NCBI GenBank assembly: GCA_964016885.1
Contig: OZ024752.1
Span: forward strand, 17,980,001 to 18,044,000
Length of the DNA: 64,000 nucleotides
Direction: 5' to 3'
Source of the DNA: Eledone cirrhosa
Taxonomy: Eukaryota
Shown here: positions 60,493 through 64,000 of the stretch, one piece after another
How positions within the stretch are numbered: position 1 is the stretch's first letter
How the letters are laid out: every line of letters starts with the position of its first letter
Position numbers and translations under genes: made by a program
Notes under the pieces: model-generated
What the model saw: the letters and a program-made list of their open reading frames with translations, nothing else
Told to the model about the DNA's origin: nothing
Database searches by the model: none

Positions 60493-61088
60493 AGATAAAT
60501 TCCCGTTCATGTTTATTCACTTTCGCCAAACAATTGCTGCTTCAACTACCCCTACTACGGTGTAACCATGTAATCGTAACGTTTACGTTTTTCCTATCTC
60601 CTCCACACACCACAATTTCGTACAAACATCCAATCCCGCAAAATCCGAAATCTGTATTTTTTGTTATTTATTAAGGTTTAAATACGGTGTTTTTGTCGTA
60701 TTGAACAGAACAAATCTTGCAGTTTTGCTTTTTGTTACTCGCTGGTAAACATTCATAACCTTCCAGCTAGCTAATTCTATCGTATTCTCCAATTCCTTAA
60801 TTCCATCGTATTCCCAAACAAAAAAACAAAATCCTTCCCATTCTTAATTCTATCGTATCCTCCAATTCCCTAATTCTATCGTATTCTCAAACAAAAAAAA
60901 CAAAAAACAACAAAATCCCTTCCATTCTACTTCTTATAATTTACTTTAAATATATATATCATGCTACCTCGAAAGTCAAAAATCCCGCTCATACACCCTT
61001 CTCCCACCATTTTCTTCCCGAGGGGTTGCGGTCAGCCACTCTCTCTCTCTCTCTCTCCCCCTTCCCACTCTCTCTCTCTCTCTTAGCT

Positions 61089-61119
<31 letters not shown>

Positions 61120-61718
61120 AGATAAATTCCCGTTCATGTTTATTCACTTTCGCCAAACAATTGCTGCTTCAACTACCCCTACTACGGTGTAACCATGTAA
61201 TCGTAACGTTCACATTTTTCCTATCTCCTCCACACACCACAATTTCGTACAAACATCCAATCCCGCAAAATCCGAAATCTGTATTTTTTGTTATTTATTA
61301 AGGTTTAAATACGGTGTTTTTGTCGTATTGAACAGAACAAATCTTGCAGTTTTGCTTTTTGTTACTCGCTGGTAAACATTCATAACCTTCCAGCTAGCTA
61401 ATTCTATCGTATTCTCCAATTCCTTAATTCCATCGTATTCCCAAACAAAAAAACAAAATCCTTCCCATTCTTAATTCTATCGTATCCTCCAATTCCCTAA
61501 TTCTATCGTATTCTCAAACAAAAAAACAAAAAACAACAAAATCCCTTCCATTCTACTTCTTATAATTTACTTTAAATATATATATCATGCTACCTCGAAA
61601 GTCAAAAATCCCGCTCATACACCCTTCTCCCACCATTTTCTTCCCGAGGGGTTGCGGTCAGCCACTCTCTCTCTCTCTCTCTCTCCCCCTTCCCACTCTC
61701 TCTCTCTCTCTCTTAGCT

Positions 61719-61749
<31 letters not shown>

Positions 61750-62347
61750 AGATAAATTCCCGTTCATGTTTATTCACTTTCGCCAAACAATTGCTGCTTC
61801 AACTACCCCTACTACGGTGTAACCATGTAATCGTAACGTTCACGTTTTTCCTATCTCCTCCACACACCACAATTTCGTACAAACATCCAATCCCGCAAAA
61901 TCCGAAATCTGTATTTTTTGTTATTTATTAAGGTTTAAATACGGTGTTTTTGTCGTATTGAACAGAACAAATCTTGCAGTTTTGCTTTTTGTTACTCGCT
62001 GGTAAACATTCATAACCTTCCAGCTAGCTAATTCTATCGTATTCTCCAATTCCTTAATTCCATCGTATTCCCAAACAAAAAAACAAAATCCTTCCCATTC
62101 TTAATTCTATCGTATCCTCCAATTCCCTAATTCTATCGTATTCTCAAACAAAAAAAACAAAAAACAACAAAATCCCTTCCATTCTACTTCTTATAATTTA
62201 CTTTAAATATATATATCATGCTACCTCGAAAGTCAAAAATCCCGCTCATACACCCTTCTCCCACCATTTTCTTCCCGAGGGGTTGCGGTCAGTCACTCTC
62301 TCTCTCTCTCTCTCCCCCTTCCCACTCTCTCTCTCTCTCTCTTAGCT

Positions 62348-62378
<31 letters not shown>

Positions 62379-62975
62379 AGATAAATTCCCGTTCATGTTT
62401 ATTCACTTTCGCCAAACAATTGCTGCTTCAACTACCCCTACTACGGTGTAACCATGTAATCGTAACGTTCACGTTTTTCCTATCTCCTCCACACACCACA
62501 ATTTCGTACAAACATCCAATCCCGCAAAATCCGAAATCTGTATTTTTTGTTATTTATTAAGGTTTAAATACGGTGTTTTTGTCGTATTGAACAGAACAAA
62601 TCTTGCAGTTTTGCTTTTTGTTACTCGCTGGTAAACATTCATAACCTTCCAGCTAGCTAATTCTATCGTATTCTCCAATTCCTTAATTCCATCGTATTCC
62701 CAAACAAAAAAACAAAATCCTTCCCATTCTTAATTCTATCGTATCCTCCAATTCCCTAATTCTATCGTATTCTCAAACAAAAAAACAAAAAACAACAAAA
62801 TCCCTTCCATTCTACTTCTTATAATTTACTTTAAATATATATATCATGCTACCTCGAAAGTCAAAAATCCCGCTCATACACCCTTCTCCCACCATTTTCT
62901 TCCCGAGGGGTTGCGGTCAGCCACTCTCTCTCTCTCTCTCTCCCCCTTCCCACTCTCTCTCTCTCTCTCTTAGCT

Positions 62976-63006
<31 letters not shown>

Positions 63007-63603
63007 AGATAAATTCCCGTTCATGTTTATTCACTTTCGCCAAACAATTGCTGCTTCAACTACCCCTACTACGGTGTAACCATGTAATCGTAACGTTCAC
63101 GTTTTTCCTATCTCCTCCACACACCACAATTTCGTACAAACATCCAATCCCGCAAAATCCGAAATCTGTATTTTTTGTTATTTATTAAGGTTTAAATACG
63201 GTGTTTTTGTCGTATTGAACAGAACAAATCTTGCAGTTTTGCTTTTTGTTACTCGCTGGTAAACATTCATAACCTTCCAGCTAGCTAATTCTATCGTATT
63301 CTCCAATTCCTTAATTCCATCGTATTCCCAAACAAAAAAACAAAATCCTTCCCATTCTTAATTCTATCGTATCCTCCAATTCCCTAATTCTATCGTATTC
63401 TCAAACAAAAAAACAAAAAACAACAAAATCCCTTCCATTCTACTTCTTATAATTTACTTTAAATATATATATCATGCTACCTCGAAAGTCAAAAATCCCG
63501 CTCATACACCCTTCTCCCACCATTTTCTTCCCGAGGGGTTGCGGTCAGCCACTCTCTCTCTCTCTCTCTCCCCCTTCCCACTCTCTCTCTCTCTCTCTTA
63601 GCT

Positions 63604-63634
<31 letters not shown>

Positions 63635-64000
63635 AGATAAATTCCCGTTCATGTTTATTCACTTTCGCCAAACAATTGCTGCTTCAACTACCCCTACTAC
63701 GGTGTAACCATGTAATCGTAACGTTCACGTTTTTCCTATCTCCTCCACACACCACAATTTCGTACAAACATCCAATCCCGCAAAATCCGAAATCTGTATT
63801 TTTTGTTATTTATTAAGGTTTAAATACGGTGTTTTTGTCGTATTGAACAGAACAAATCTTGCAGTTTTGCTTTTTGTTACTCGCTGGTAAACATTCATAA
63901 CCTTCCAGCTAGCTAATTCTATCGTATTCTCCAATTCCTTAATTCCATCGTATTCCCAAACAAAAAAACAAAATCCTTCCCATTCTTAATTCTATCGTAT
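57288..64000. repeat. Highly homogeneous ~628-bp satellite array (~10.7 units, running off the window)
   Basis: ORF-track repeats at 59719/60347 and 62861/63489 (628-bp period); units differ mainly in CT, CA and A run lengths. Confidence 0.97.

Noticed and set aside
57907-63671. Repeated 60-114-aa ORFs in the satellite
   Set aside because: They cross microsatellites whose length changes shift the frame between units; no domain recognised
57288-64000. CRISPR-like array, or an HDV-like ribozyme (ttcccgaggggtt) in the tandem array
   Set aside because: No unique spacers and a eukaryotic context; no nested double pseudoknot could be built

Overview
AT-rich animal genomic DNA made almost entirely of repeats. 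It is most likely a cephalopod (octopus-like), inferred from the SINE type and the huge (TA)n/(TATG)n tracts. There is no intact host gene; the only host-like coding trace is one decayed exon resembling the NFX1 R3H domain (9913-10042). Mobile elements are three Penelope-like elements (PLEs: RT plus GIY-YIG; one Neptune-like, two probably Hydra-clade), four Tx1/L1-clade LINE copies whose ends associate with GATA/TATC, 3' fragments of an R4/Dong-like and an RTE-like LINE, five tRNA-derived SINE copies and MITEs. A ~628-bp satellite array follows a 200-N gap. The main hidden signal, read by eye, is about 25-28 type I (mostly minimal) hammerhead ribozyme motifs from roughly 15 unrelated sequence families. 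Many have palindromic stem III and recurrent core variants (U.U at the base of stem II, U3-A8, U4A). Several sit at the pivot of DNA palindromes, and one family lies in a ~422-bp tandem non-coding unit that looks like a retrozyme. Most long I/Y/M/C-rich ORFs are microsatellite artefacts. All structures were folded manually, so coordinates may be off by a few bases and no activity is demonstrated.
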